Part shown: positions 49,063-58,027 of the stretch, piece by piece
How positions within the stretch are numbered: the first letter of the stretch is position 1
Layout: each line of letters begins with the position of its first letter
From: Flavobacteriales bacterium
GTDB lineage: Bacteria > Bacteroidota > Bacteroidia > Flavobacteriales_D > Crocinitomicaceae
Direction of reading: 5' to 3'
Length of the DNA stretch: 64,000 bases
Assembly: GCA_947449575.1 (NCBI GenBank)
Contig: CANFRV010000001.1
Location: forward strand, 89,121 to 153,120
Made by a program: the position numbers and the translations under genes
The notes under the pieces: generated by a model
Seen by the model: only the letters and a program-made list of their open reading frames with translations
Databases searched by the model: none
What the model was told of the DNA's origin: nothing

Positions 49063-50016
49063 ATGAAATTTATAAAAATATTAAGTTTAATTTCTTTTCT
49101 ATTTATTGTGTTTCATAGTAATGAACAAATTACTTCTGATCAAGTTGGGAATATAACGTTTTCATTAGTTATGCCTGAATCAATAGAGGGTTTTGATGAT
49201 AATTTAATGTTGAAATTAGAATCAAAAATAATTCAAGCAACATCTAAAGTAGCCATTGCAGGAAAAGGTTTTTATTCTGATTTCATACTATATCCAGTGG
49301 TTACTTTTTCAGAAGATAATTCAAGTAATTTTGGCAATAAAAAACTTTACTCCAAAAAAATCAATTTAGATTTATTTATAAAAAGTATCTCAGATGGAAG
49401 AATTTTTTCTTCATATAGTCAAAGTCTTATTGGAGTTGGAGAAAATGAAAATTTTGCATTAATTAATTCCTTGAATGAATTTAATCCGCAAAGCAGTGAT
49501 GTGGAAAGATTTTTTTCAAGTTCTTGCGATAAAATTATTAATTATTTTAACGCCAACTGTGACTATTTTATAGGAAAAAGCGATGCATTAGCAAAGATGG
49601 GTAAATATGATGAGGCTATCGCTCTTTTGCTTTCTATTCCAAATTTGTCTGCAAAATGTCAAACTAAAATAAAAGACATGTCAATCGAAGTATATAAACA
49701 ATACATCAATAAAGAATGTAAAGTACTTCTTAACAAATCGTATGCAGAAAAAAGCTCTAAAAATTATCAAGCCGCACTTGTCATTCTTGCAAATATTGAT
49801 CCAAGTGCGAATTGTTATACTGATTCTCAAGTAATGATGAAAGAAATTGAAAAGTCTTTAGATCAAGATGAAAAGAAAAAATGGGAAACAGAGTTGATGA
49901 AATATAATAATCTAGTTGAAATAGAAAAAATAAAAATTAATGCAATGAAAGAAATTGCAGTTGCTTATTACAATTCAATTCCAAATGCTGTTAATTATTA
50001 TCATATAAAAAATTGA
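49063..50016 (+). CDS. Exported hypothetical protein P4 with duplicated Cys-containing helical module
   Basis: Signal peptide MKFIKILSLISFLFIVFHS. Internal repeat GKYDEAIALLLSIPNLSAKC / KNYQAALVILANIDPSANC. Starts 3 nt after the P3 stop. Confidence 0.7.
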   Translation: MKFIKILSLISFLFIVFHSNEQITSDQVGNITFSLVMPESIEGFDDNLMLKLESKIIQATSKVAIAGKGFYSDFILYPVVTFSEDNSSNFGNKKLYSKKINLDLFIKSISDGRIFSSYSQSLIGVGENENFALINSLNEFNPQSSDVERFFSSSCDKIINYFNANCDYFIGKSDALAKMGKYDEAIALLLSIPNLSAKCQTKIKDMSIEVYKQYINKECKVLLNKSYAEKSSKNYQAALVILANIDPSANCYTDSQVMMKEIEKSLDQDEKKKWETELMKYNNLVEIEKIKINAMKEIAVAYYNSIPNAVNYYHIKN

Positions 50017-50122
50017 CTTATTCCAAATTTAGTAAGTTAGTCTATTGAAAAATGAATTGTACGATTCCCATTCCCCAGTCTTAAAAAGTTGCCAAAGATT
50101 CTACCGGTGTTAGAAATTTATT

Positions 50123-50130
50123 TACCTTTG
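50123..50130 (+). promoter_or_regulatory. Candidate -7 promoter box (TACCTTTG) abutting the bamD start
   Basis: Exact TAnnTTTG match ending 5 nt before the ATG at 50136. Confidence 0.35.
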
Positions 50131-50135
50131 CCACA

Positions 50136-50948
50136 ATGAAAAAAATAATATTTTTACATCTTACATTTTGCTTACTTTTTCTGACGAGTTGTTCTGGTTA
50201 CAATAAAATTGTAAAAGGAGATAATTATGAAGATAAATTTAGAGTAGCAGGTGAACTCTTTGAAAAAAATCAATACATGCGCTCAGTTACTTTGTATGAG
50301 CAGATATACCAGCGTGTGCCCAGAACTCCTGAAGGCGAATTAGCTTATTATAGATTAGGAAAAGCATACTATGCTGAAAAAGATTATCACATGGCTGGAT
50401 ATTATTTTGGTTCCTTTTATGAGCGATTTACGACAAGTCCAAAGGCTGAAGAGACTTTATTCTTATCTGCTTTATGTTCTGTAGAGAATTCACCTGAAGC
50501 TTCTTTGGATCAAAATGATACAGAATTAGCCATCAATGATTTACAGCAATTTGTAAATAAATTCCCCAATTCTGATTTAATAGACTCTTGTAATAATGTG
50601 ATGGATAGACTTCGTTTTAAGTTAGAAACAAAAGATTATCAAGTAGTTATGTTGTACTCGAAAACGCAAAATTTCAAGTCAGCTATTACCACTTCTCTGA
50701 CGTTTTTAGCAGATTATCCTAGTTCAAAATATGCGGAGGAAATTGGTTTTACCCTTGTTAATTCTTCCTACCTTTTGACAAAAAACAGTGTTGAAGAGAA
50801 AAAAAAGCAAAGAATTGAGGAAACTTTGGAAAGATATCGTAATTTTGTAACACAATTTCCAAATACGCAGTACAAGAAAGATGTAAATTTCATCAGCGAT
50901 ACTATGGAGGAGGAACTTCAAGAATTTAATTCGAAAAAAAAAATATAG
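50136..50948 (+). CDS. bamD: Outer membrane protein assembly factor BamD (TPR lipoprotein)
   Basis: Lipobox LFLTSC|SG and TPR-like repeats. Conserved position upstream of rpoZ-coaBC in Flavobacteriia-type genomes. Confidence 0.72.
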   Translation: MKKIIFLHLTFCLLFLTSCSGYNKIVKGDNYEDKFRVAGELFEKNQYMRSVTLYEQIYQRVPRTPEGELAYYRLGKAYYAEKDYHMAGYYFGSFYERFTTSPKAEETLFLSALCSVENSPEASLDQNDTELAINDLQQFVNKFPNSDLIDSCNNVMDRLRFKLETKDYQVVMLYSKTQNFKSAITTSLTFLADYPSSKYAEEIGFTLVNSSYLLTKNSVEEKKKQRIEETLERYRNFVTQFPNTQYKKDVNFISDTMEEELQEFNSKKKI

Positions 50949-50949
50949 A

Positions 50950-51276
50950 ATGAACTTTAAAAACAGCACAGCAGAACGTTCAACCATAACAAGAGATACC
51001 GTTCATATTGAAAATGTAACTGGAAATATCTACGAGTCAATTGTAGCTATGTCTAGACGTTCTAATCAAATTAGTACTGAGTTGAAAGAAGAGTTAACTC
51101 AAAAATTGCAAGAATTTGCATCTTCAACGGATAATTTAGAAGAAATTTTTGAAAATAGAGAGCAAATTGAAATCTCTAAATTCTATGAAAAACTTCCAAA
51201 ACCAGTTTCTATGGCAATTGATCAGTTGCTAAATGATGAAATATATTTACGTCATCCAGAAGTAATTTCAAAGTAA
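50950..51276 (+). CDS. rpoZ: DNA-directed RNA polymerase subunit omega
   Basis: 108 aa with an NIYESIVAMSRRSNQI core like the omega K/NxYExV..A..RA.QI motif. Synteny with bamD and coaBC. Confidence 0.62.
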   Translation: MNFKNSTAERSTITRDTVHIENVTGNIYESIVAMSRRSNQISTELKEELTQKLQEFASSTDNLEEIFENREQIEISKFYEKLPKPVSMAIDQLLNDEIYLRHPEVISK

Positions 51277-51285
51277 AATACTACA

Positions 51286-52482
51286 ATGCAAGGAAAACGC
51301 ATTCTTCTCGGTATTTCAGGAGGGATAGCTGCTTACAAAATTGCAACACTTATTCGATTATTAAAAAAATCAGGGGCAGAAGTCAAATGTATTTTGACTC
51401 CTGCCTCTTGTGATTTTATAAGTCCTCTAACCGTTTCTACTCTTTCAAAAAATCCTGTGGGAATTGAGTTTTGGGATAAAAATGATGGTACATGGTCCAA
51501 TCATGTAGAATATGGTTTGTGGGCGGATGTTTTTTTAATCGCTCCTTTGACTGCTAATACTTTACAGAAATTAGCGCATGGTGGATGTGATAATTTATTG
51601 ATGGCAACGTATTTATCGATGAAATGTCCCGTGATTGTTGCTCCTGCAATGGATTTGGATATGTATGTTCATCCAACTACCAAACGAAATTTAGAAAGAA
51701 TCGCTGCTGATGGGGTTCAAATAATTCCTGCTGAATCTGGTGAATTAGCAAGCGGATTGATGGGAGAAGGTCGAATGGCTGAACCAGAAACACTTTTTCA
51801 GACACTTCAAGATTTTTTTGAAGAGTCAGATGAGTTGGCAGGAAAAAGGTTTCTCATTACTGCCGGTCCAACGTATGAATTGATTGATCCTGTTCGTTTT
51901 ATAGGAAACCATTCTTCGGGTAAAATGGGCTTTGCTATTGCAGAAACAATTCTTCGAAAAGGAGGAGAGGTTATTTTGGTTTCAGGTCCGACAAAATTGG
52001 AGTTAAAACATAAAAATCTTCGCATTGTGAAAGTGCAAACCGCTGAAAACATGCTTCACGCTGTTCATGAAGTGTGGACAAAATGTGATGCTGGAATATT
52101 TTCTGCCGCGGTGGCTGATTATCGCCCATTGCATGTTTCTGAACAAAAAATTAAAAAAAACGGGGAAACGTTAACCATTGAATTAGTAAAAAATCCTGAC
52201 ATTCTAGGTTGGGCAGGATCAGTGAAGTCTGAAAATCAATGCTTAATAGGATTTGCTTTAGAGACCACAGATGGTCAAAAATATGCTGAAGATAAATTAG
52301 CACGTAAAAATCTTGATTTCATTGTCTTAAATTCATTGGAAGATCATGGAGCAGGATTTGGTTTTGATACAAATAAGATTTCTATTTTAGATAATCACAA
52401 TAATTTCACTAGCTTTGAGTTAATGTCGAAAGTGAATGTTGCCAAAGACATTGTTACGTATATGAAATCGTATTTGAAATGA
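51286..52482 (+). CDS. coaBC: Bifunctional phosphopantothenoylcysteine decarboxylase / phosphopantothenate-cysteine ligase
   Basis: Flavoprotein N-domain ([33 protein letters not shown]) and CoaB domain ([33 protein letters not shown]). Confidence 0.9.
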   Translation: MQGKRILLGISGGIAAYKIATLIRLLKKSGAEVKCILTPASCDFISPLTVSTLSKNPVGIEFWDKNDGTWSNHVEYGLWADVFLIAPLTANTLQKLAHGGCDNLLMATYLSMKCPVIVAPAMDLDMYVHPTTKRNLERIAADGVQIIPAESGELASGLMGEGRMAEPETLFQTLQDFFEESDELAGKRFLITAGPTYELIDPVRFIGNHSSGKMGFAIAETILRKGGEVILVSGPTKLELKHKNLRIVKVQTAENMLHAVHEVWTKCDAGIFSAAVADYRPLHVSEQKIKKNGETLTIELVKNPDILGWAGSVKSENQCLIGFALETTDGQKYAEDKLARKNLDFIVLNSLEDHGAGFGFDTNKISILDNHNNFTSFELMSKVNVAKDIVTYMKSYLK

Positions 52483-53384
52483 AATATATTGCCGTATTAT
52501 TTTGCACTCTTTCATTTTTGACTTTTGGTCAAGAATTTAATTGCCAAGTGACCATAATTACCGAAGCAAAAGTCGAAGTGAGTACTGCTGATAAAGCGAT
52601 GTTAGACCAGATGAAAACCTCGATCTACGAATTCATGAATAATCAACAATGGACAAACGATAAGTTTAAAACGGAAGAAAGGATAAATTGTCAAATTCAA
52701 ATACAGATTACTGCCATTCCTTCGTTTGGAAATTATTCGGGCTCCATGCAAATTCAATCTTCTCGACCAGCATTTAATTCTTCTTATAATTCGACACTTT
52801 TTAATTTTCAGGATGATAATGTTCAAATTTCCTATGTTGGAGGTGCTGCCTTGGTTCTTCCTAAAAATGGCTACAAAGATAATTTAAGTTCTCTTTTAGG
52901 ATTTTATGGTTATTTTATATTAGGGATGGATTATGACTCATTTTCTTTAAAAGGAGGAACTCCTTACTTTAATCAAGCTCAGCAAATTGTTTCTAACGCT
53001 CAATCTTCTGGTCTAGCTGGCTGGCAATCCAATGAAACAGGGAAGGGGAAAAATAATAGATATTGGTTAGTTGATAATATTTTGCATCAATTATTCGAGC
53101 CTTTGCGCGAATGTAATTACGAATATCATCGAAAAGGGGTGGATGCTCTTTATGAAGATAAAGTGAAAGGTAGAAAAGCTATTTTTGATGCTCTAAATAA
53201 ATTAAATAAAATTACAGCAACACGTCCTAATTCTGTCAATTTATTGAACTTTTGTCAGGCGAAAACGATTGAAATAAAGAATTTATTTATTGATGCTGAA
53301 GCAAAAGATAAGTCGGAAGTTGTGAATTTATTAAAGAAAATAGATCCAGCGAATTCTTCTAAATATGAACAAATATTGAATTGA
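52479..53384 (+). CDS. DUF4835-family exported protein (family recently linked to T9SS as PorD; assignment from memory)
   Basis: Signal peptide. Conserved position between coaBC and recN, with 4-nt overlaps on both sides. Confidence 0.55.
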   Translation: MKYIAVLFCTLSFLTFGQEFNCQVTIITEAKVEVSTADKAMLDQMKTSIYEFMNNQQWTNDKFKTEERINCQIQIQITAIPSFGNYSGSMQIQSSRPAFNSSYNSTLFNFQDDNVQISYVGGAALVLPKNGYKDNLSSLLGFYGYFILGMDYDSFSLKGGTPYFNQAQQIVSNAQSSGLAGWQSNETGKGKNNRYWLVDNILHQLFEPLRECNYEYHRKGVDALYEDKVKGRKAIFDALNKLNKITATRPNSVNLLNFCQAKTIEIKNLFIDAEAKDKSEVVNLLKKIDPANSSKYEQILN

Positions 53385-55033
53385 TGCTTTCTACATTAAG
53401 AATTCAGAATTTTGCGTTAATTGATCATTTAGCGCTAGATTTCAACAAAGGTTATACCACGCTTACGGGTGAAACGGGTTCTGGAAAGTCTATATTATTA
53501 GGTGCTTTAAATTTAATATTAGGCGAAAGGGCAGATTTTTCAGTGATCGGACCTTCCTCAGATAAAGCGGTTGTTGAGGCCGAATTTGAATTAAGTAATT
53601 TTCATTTAGAAGCCTTTTTTCAAAATAATGATATTGATTTGTTTAATCCAACAATTATTAGGAGAGAAATCAATAGCCAAGGTCGTTCACGGGCTTTTAT
53701 CAATGACACACCTGTTCAGCTTGGTGTATTAAAAGAGTTGACGGAAAAGCTCGTTCATATTCATTCGCAGCACAATACGTTAGAATTAAGAAAGCCTGAT
53801 TTTCAAATTGAGGTATTAGACACACTTTCGGGATTAGAGTCTTTGAGAGTAGCGTATTCTGTTAAGTTTAAATTGTGGAACAGTGAACGTAAAAGTCTCG
53901 AGAATTTAAAGGAGAAATTAGCTTTATCGCTTCAGCAAGGTGATTATAATCGTTTTCAATTGGAGGAATTAGAAGAACTAAATTTAGATAAAAATGATTA
54001 TCAAGCTCTAGAAAAGGAACTTCTTCGTAACGAAAATGTAGATGATCTAAAATCTACTTTGGACAATATAGTGCTAGCAATTGAAAACGAAGATGGAGCG
54101 TCAAGTACTTTGAGGAAATTGAAGTCATTGTTAGAAAAATCCAAAGGAGTAGATGTTGTTTTGGATGATTTGACGCAACGTATTAACTCGGTTTTAATTG
54201 AGTTAAACGATATTTCTAGTGAGTCAGAAAATTATTTAGAAAAAATAGAAATTGATCCAAAAAGATTGAATGAGTTAGTTTTACTGATTGATCAGTACAA
54301 TAGAGTTTTGAGAAAACATAACTTAATAACACAGGATCAGTTAGTTGAATTGAAACAGAAACTTTCTTCAGATTTGGACGATACCAGTGAACTTCAACTT
54401 CTAATTGATTTAAAATCAAAAGAAGTTGCTGAATTAAGAGTGGAAATTGAAGAGATTGGTTTGGAACTTCATGAAAAAAGAATTGTTTCATCAAAATATT
54501 GTGAGAAAGAGGTGCAAATCTTATTGTCCGAATTAAAGATGCCTGATACGCAATTTCTTTTCGATTTTACAAAAAGAGAAGAATTCAATTCGTTTGGATG
54601 CACAGATGTGAAAATCTTATTTTCTCCCAACAAAGGACTTGCACCTGTAAGTATTGACAAAGCAGCTAGTGGAGGCGAGTTATCTCGATTAATGTTGGCT
54701 TTACAGAATTTAATTTCAGCAAAAAAGCAATTACCAACGATCATTTTCGATGAAATTGATACGGGCGTTTCAGGAGAAGTTGCTCAGAAAATTGGGTCAT
54801 TACTCAAGAGAATGGGGGAGAACCTACAATTGATAGCCATTACGCACTTGCCGCAAGTTGCTGGAAAGGCAGATTTTCACTTCAAAGTTGAAAAATCAAA
54901 TACGGATGATCGAACGCGCACCCATGTGAAGGTTTTAACACAGGATGAACGAATTGAAGAAATTGCTCGCCTAATGAGTGGAGAAGAAATCAATGAAGCT
55001 GCCTTATTGAATGCGAAAGCGTTGATGGGATGA
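53381..55033 (+). CDS. recN: DNA repair protein RecN
   Basis: Walker A GETGSGKSIL, a long coiled coil, the SGGELSR signature and a FDEIDTGVSG Walker B. Confidence 0.9.
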   Translation: MMLSTLRIQNFALIDHLALDFNKGYTTLTGETGSGKSILLGALNLILGERADFSVIGPSSDKAVVEAEFELSNFHLEAFFQNNDIDLFNPTIIRREINSQGRSRAFINDTPVQLGVLKELTEKLVHIHSQHNTLELRKPDFQIEVLDTLSGLESLRVAYSVKFKLWNSERKSLENLKEKLALSLQQGDYNRFQLEELEELNLDKNDYQALEKELLRNENVDDLKSTLDNIVLAIENEDGASSTLRKLKSLLEKSKGVDVVLDDLTQRINSVLIELNDISSESENYLEKIEIDPKRLNELVLLIDQYNRVLRKHNLITQDQLVELKQKLSSDLDDTSELQLLIDLKSKEVAELRVEIEEIGLELHEKRIVSSKYCEKEVQILLSELKMPDTQFLFDFTKREEFNSFGCTDVKILFSPNKGLAPVSIDKAASGGELSRLMLALQNLISAKKQLPTIIFDEIDTGVSGEVAQKIGSLLKRMGENLQLIAITHLPQVAGKADFHFKVEKSNTDDRTRTHVKVLTQDERIEEIARLMSGEEINEAALLNAKALMG

Positions 55034-55046
55034 AAAATAGTGAACG

Positions 55047-55985
55047 ATGAATTTCAAACTTAATTTCGAAATCCCTTCCTCAACTTTCACGTTCAAACAC
55101 GGTGAAGGGTTGATTTTTCTAGGAAGTTGTTTCTCCAATGAAATGGCTGAAAAAGCAAAATTTCATGGATTAAATGTGAAAGCGAATCATTTCGGAACTG
55201 TTTTCCATCCTTCACTGTTAAGTAGATTTATTAGTGAATCAATAGAAGGAGTAGAGAAGGAACGAATTTTTAATCGGAAGGATATTTTTCTTTCTTGGGA
55301 TGCAAATAGTACTGTTTTTGATTATTCAGCAAGTGCTTTGTCGTCTAAATTGAAATCTTTGAGAAATGATTTTTTTGCTGAACTAAGAATAGCAAAAGTT
55401 TTGTATGTCACTTTTGGAACAGCTTGGGCGTATCGAAATTTAGATACGAATAGCTTAGTAGCGAATTGCCATAAAATTCCGACGAATCAATTTAGAAAGG
55501 AACTTGTTTCAATAGATACGCTATACGCAGAATGGAAATCGACGATTGAAAAAATCAGAGCAATAAATTCTAACATAGAAATTGTCTTCACTGTAAGTCC
55601 TGTTCGACATATTCGAGATGGATTAATTGAAAATAATCAAAGTAAAGCGATTTTAATTGAAGTCGTGCGAAAATTGACCAACCAATTGCAGTGCAGTTAT
55701 TTCCCTTCTTACGAAATTGTAATCGATGAATTGAGAGATTATCGTTTTTATAAAGTAGATCGTGTGCATCCCTCAGAAGAAGCAATTGACTATGTTTGGA
55801 AAAGATTTGAAGAGCACTATTGTGATGAAGAAACAAAACTTTTGAATACAAAGGTTTCTAATTTTAGAAGAACACTCGCTCATCGGAGTATTCACGAAGA
55901 TTCAAAAGATCATCAGGAGCAAAAGATTCAGTCAGAAAAGCAGTTAAATGAGTTTTTAGCGATGTTTCCCCAAATTGAATTCTAA
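55047..55985 (+). CDS. GSCFA domain protein
   Basis: Eponymous N-terminal motif (FLGSCFSNEMAEK). 312 aa. Confidence 0.78.
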   Translation: MNFKLNFEIPSSTFTFKHGEGLIFLGSCFSNEMAEKAKFHGLNVKANHFGTVFHPSLLSRFISESIEGVEKERIFNRKDIFLSWDANSTVFDYSASALSSKLKSLRNDFFAELRIAKVLYVTFGTAWAYRNLDTNSLVANCHKIPTNQFRKELVSIDTLYAEWKSTIEKIRAINSNIEIVFTVSPVRHIRDGLIENNQSKAILIEVVRKLTNQLQCSYFPSYEIVIDELRDYRFYKVDRVHPSEEAIDYVWKRFEEHYCDEETKLLNTKVSNFRRTLAHRSIHEDSKDHQEQKIQSEKQLNEFLAMFPQIEF

Positions 55986-56015
55986 GAATTTAAATTGATG
56001 ACAAATCTTTGCAAC

Positions 56016-56057
56016 AAAAAAAAGACCCAATTAAATAATTAATTGAGTCTTTTTTTT
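56016..56057. terminator. Bidirectional intrinsic terminator between convergent genes
   Basis: A8-AGACCCAATTAA-ATAA-TTAATTGAGTCT-T7: a 12-bp stem with one mismatch, with an A-run and a T-run on the two sides. Confidence 0.65.
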
Positions 56058-56070
56058 GAAATTAATCGAT

Positions 56071-57297
56071 TCATAGTCGAGTAATCACGCCTTTATAGTT
56101 AGCATTTTCTCCTGGTTGTGGATTACTTATCGTAACCTTCCATATAAAAGTTGTTCCTGTTGTCGGATTTCCGGTTCTCTTATCAGTTCCATCCCAAGCT
56201 TGAGTAGCATCGTCGGTTTGAAAAACAATTTCATTTGAATTGGCATCAATAATTGTCATCACGAATTTTACATTCCTAACAGTTAATGCATAAGGCATAA
56301 ACGTGCTAATTTTAGAATTACTATTTGATACGTCGATTGTATTTGCTGCCATCAAATTATAGTCTTCTTTCACAGTAAGTTTGCTTGTTTCGGAATTTTT
56401 ACACCCATTTTCTGAAGTAGTTGTTAACGTGATTTTATACGTCCCTGCTTTGTAGTAGTGAACTTCTGTTTCCCTAGATTGAGCAACTTCTTTCAATTTT
56501 TCAAAATCCCAACTATAACTTGCAGCATTTGTAGTTGCTTTTAATCCTATTGCAGGAATTCCTTCGCTATAAATGTTTTCATTGTCTATTGTGAAGTCTA
56601 CTTTGTTTGCAGGGTGTACTGTGAAAAAATCTTTCTGGATGAATTCCTCATTTTTCATGTATCCCAAAAGATATTCTCCTGAAATACCGCTTTTGAAGGA
56701 AGTTTTAGTGCCTGCTTTGATACTGGTGGATTTTCCATTTGGCAGAATAAGGAAGATATCTGTTTTATTGGCATTTGAAATCTCAATATCGTCCCCAAAA
56801 CAAACGTTTTTTATCTGCGGAATAATAGGAATTGCATTCACAGTCTTAGTATCTGGATTTGTAGTTGTTTTTGCTCCAGTCGATTGTATTTCAGTTGATA
56901 AAATTTCTTGAGGAGATAATTTTTCAACTTTACTATTTTCGATTGTTATTGGTTCCAATGTAACTTTTTCGTTGATACTAGTTGATTCTGAAGTCGTTTT
57001 CTCTCCGATGAGGTCAGAAGAAGTTTCTCTCGTTTGCGATGTAGTAGAAGGATTTATTTCTTCCTTATTCTCTGCAGGTAAAGATTTTTTAGTCGTATTT
57101 GATGTAAAATAGATAATCGTTGAAATAGATAGCACAGCAATAACAAGCGCAGCTATCCAAAATTTAGAAGTAATTTTTGATTTTACAGGCATTCTAACAT
57201 CCAGTTGCTTGCTTAAATTATCCCAAGCAGCAGGATCGTAAGGTAACTCGTACCCTTCGAAGCTTTGTTTAATTTTGTTATTAAAATTATTTTCCAT
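56071..57297 (-). CDS. Single-pass membrane protein with PKD-like domain and CHU_C/T9SS type-B-like C-terminal domain, coupled to the ECF sigma factor
   Basis: The ATG at 57297 lies 1 nt after the sigma gene stop. TM helix FWIAALVIAVLSISTIIYF. PKD-like YSWDF...GTYKITLTTTSENGC. C-terminus ...IIDANSNEIVFQTDDATQAWDGTDKRTGNPTTGTTFIWKVTI...YKGVITRL. Confidence 0.65.
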   Translation of the reverse strand: MENNFNNKIKQSFEGYELPYDPAAWDNLSKQLDVRMPVKSKITSKFWIAALVIAVLSISTIIYFTSNTTKKSLPAENKEEINPSTTSQTRETSSDLIGEKTTSESTSINEKVTLEPITIENSKVEKLSPQEILSTEIQSTGAKTTTNPDTKTVNAIPIIPQIKNVCFGDDIEISNANKTDIFLILPNGKSTSIKAGTKTSFKSGISGEYLLGYMKNEEFIQKDFFTVHPANKVDFTIDNENIYSEGIPAIGLKATTNAASYSWDFEKLKEVAQSRETEVHYYKAGTYKITLTTTSENGCKNSETSKLTVKEDYNLMAANTIDVSNSNSKISTFMPYALTVRNVKFVMTIIDANSNEIVFQTDDATQAWDGTDKRTGNPTTGTTFIWKVTISNPQPGENANYKGVITRL

Positions 57298-57298
57298 G

Positions 57299-57868
57299 TT
57301 AATGCAAATTATGAAATTTACTTTCAACCATTTTTTGTATGTTCCCCCGTGCTTTTGATAAGTTTGATTTTGACGTTCCTTCACTAATTCCAAGCGTTTC
57401 AGCAATTTCTTTATGTGAATAATCATCAATGACATAGAGGTTAAAAACAGCTCTGTATGCAGGAGACAATTTTTGAATTGCTTCCATAATAATTTCTGCT
57501 TTTTCATCCTTCAACTCCAGTTCTTCACTTTCGATTGTTGGATCAACACCTCCTAGTCTAAAATCATTGTCATTATCTGTCAAAAAAGGATCTTTCTTTG
57601 ATTTCCGGATGTGATCTATTGCTGTATTCACTACAACTCTTTTTATCCAACCTTCAAATGAACCAGAATTATCAAATGACTTCAACTTTTCAAAAACTTT
57701 TATAAAACTGTCTTGAACAATTTCCTGGGCTGTATCACGATCGTTTGTATAACGCATACAAACACCGAGCATTTTCCCATAAAAGAGTTTAAATATTTGT
57801 TCTTGGGATTTACGATCATTGCGCAAACACCCACTAACTATCTCTTTTATTTTTTCTTTGTTTTCCAC
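57299..57868 (-). CDS. ECF-type RNA polymerase sigma-70 family factor
   Basis: Region 2 (FKLFYGKMLGVCMRYTNDRDTAQEIVQDSFIKVF, WIKRVVVNTAIDHIR) and region 4 HTH (YSHKEIAETLGISEGTSKSNLSKAR). Confidence 0.85.
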   Translation of the reverse strand: MENKEKIKEIVSGCLRNDRKSQEQIFKLFYGKMLGVCMRYTNDRDTAQEIVQDSFIKVFEKLKSFDNSGSFEGWIKRVVVNTAIDHIRKSKKDPFLTDNDNDFRLGGVDPTIESEELELKDEKAEIIMEAIQKLSPAYRAVFNLYVIDDYSHKEIAETLGISEGTSKSNLSKARGNIQKMVESKFHNLH

Positions 57869-57979
57869 ATTTCTATGTTTACTAGACGTAAAGTCGAGTT
57901 GCTGGTTGCCTTAGTAAGAAAATAATGATAAAAAAAATCATTTCACATGCAAAATAACATATTTTCTTATCAAATTGTT

Positions 57980-57987
57980 TACTTTTG
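57980..57987 (+). promoter_or_regulatory. Candidate -7 promoter box (TACTTTTG) for mdh
   Basis: Exact TAnnTTTG match 41 nt upstream of the ATG at 58028. Confidence 0.4.
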
Positions 57988-58027
57988 CATCGATAAATTT
58001 ATATTGACAATATCAATAACAAAGAAA

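Noticed and set aside
57298-57507. 70-codon N-terminal extension of the ORF-track entry 56071-57507
   Set aside because: The extension overlaps the 3' end of the sigma-factor gene in another frame. The Met at 57297 gives the typical 1-nt sigma/partner spacing and a sensible N-terminus.
57947-58027. 27-codon N-terminal extension of mdh
   Set aside because: The canonical MKVTVVGAGNVG Rossmann start is at 58028, and the extension would cover the candidate promoter box at 57980-57987.
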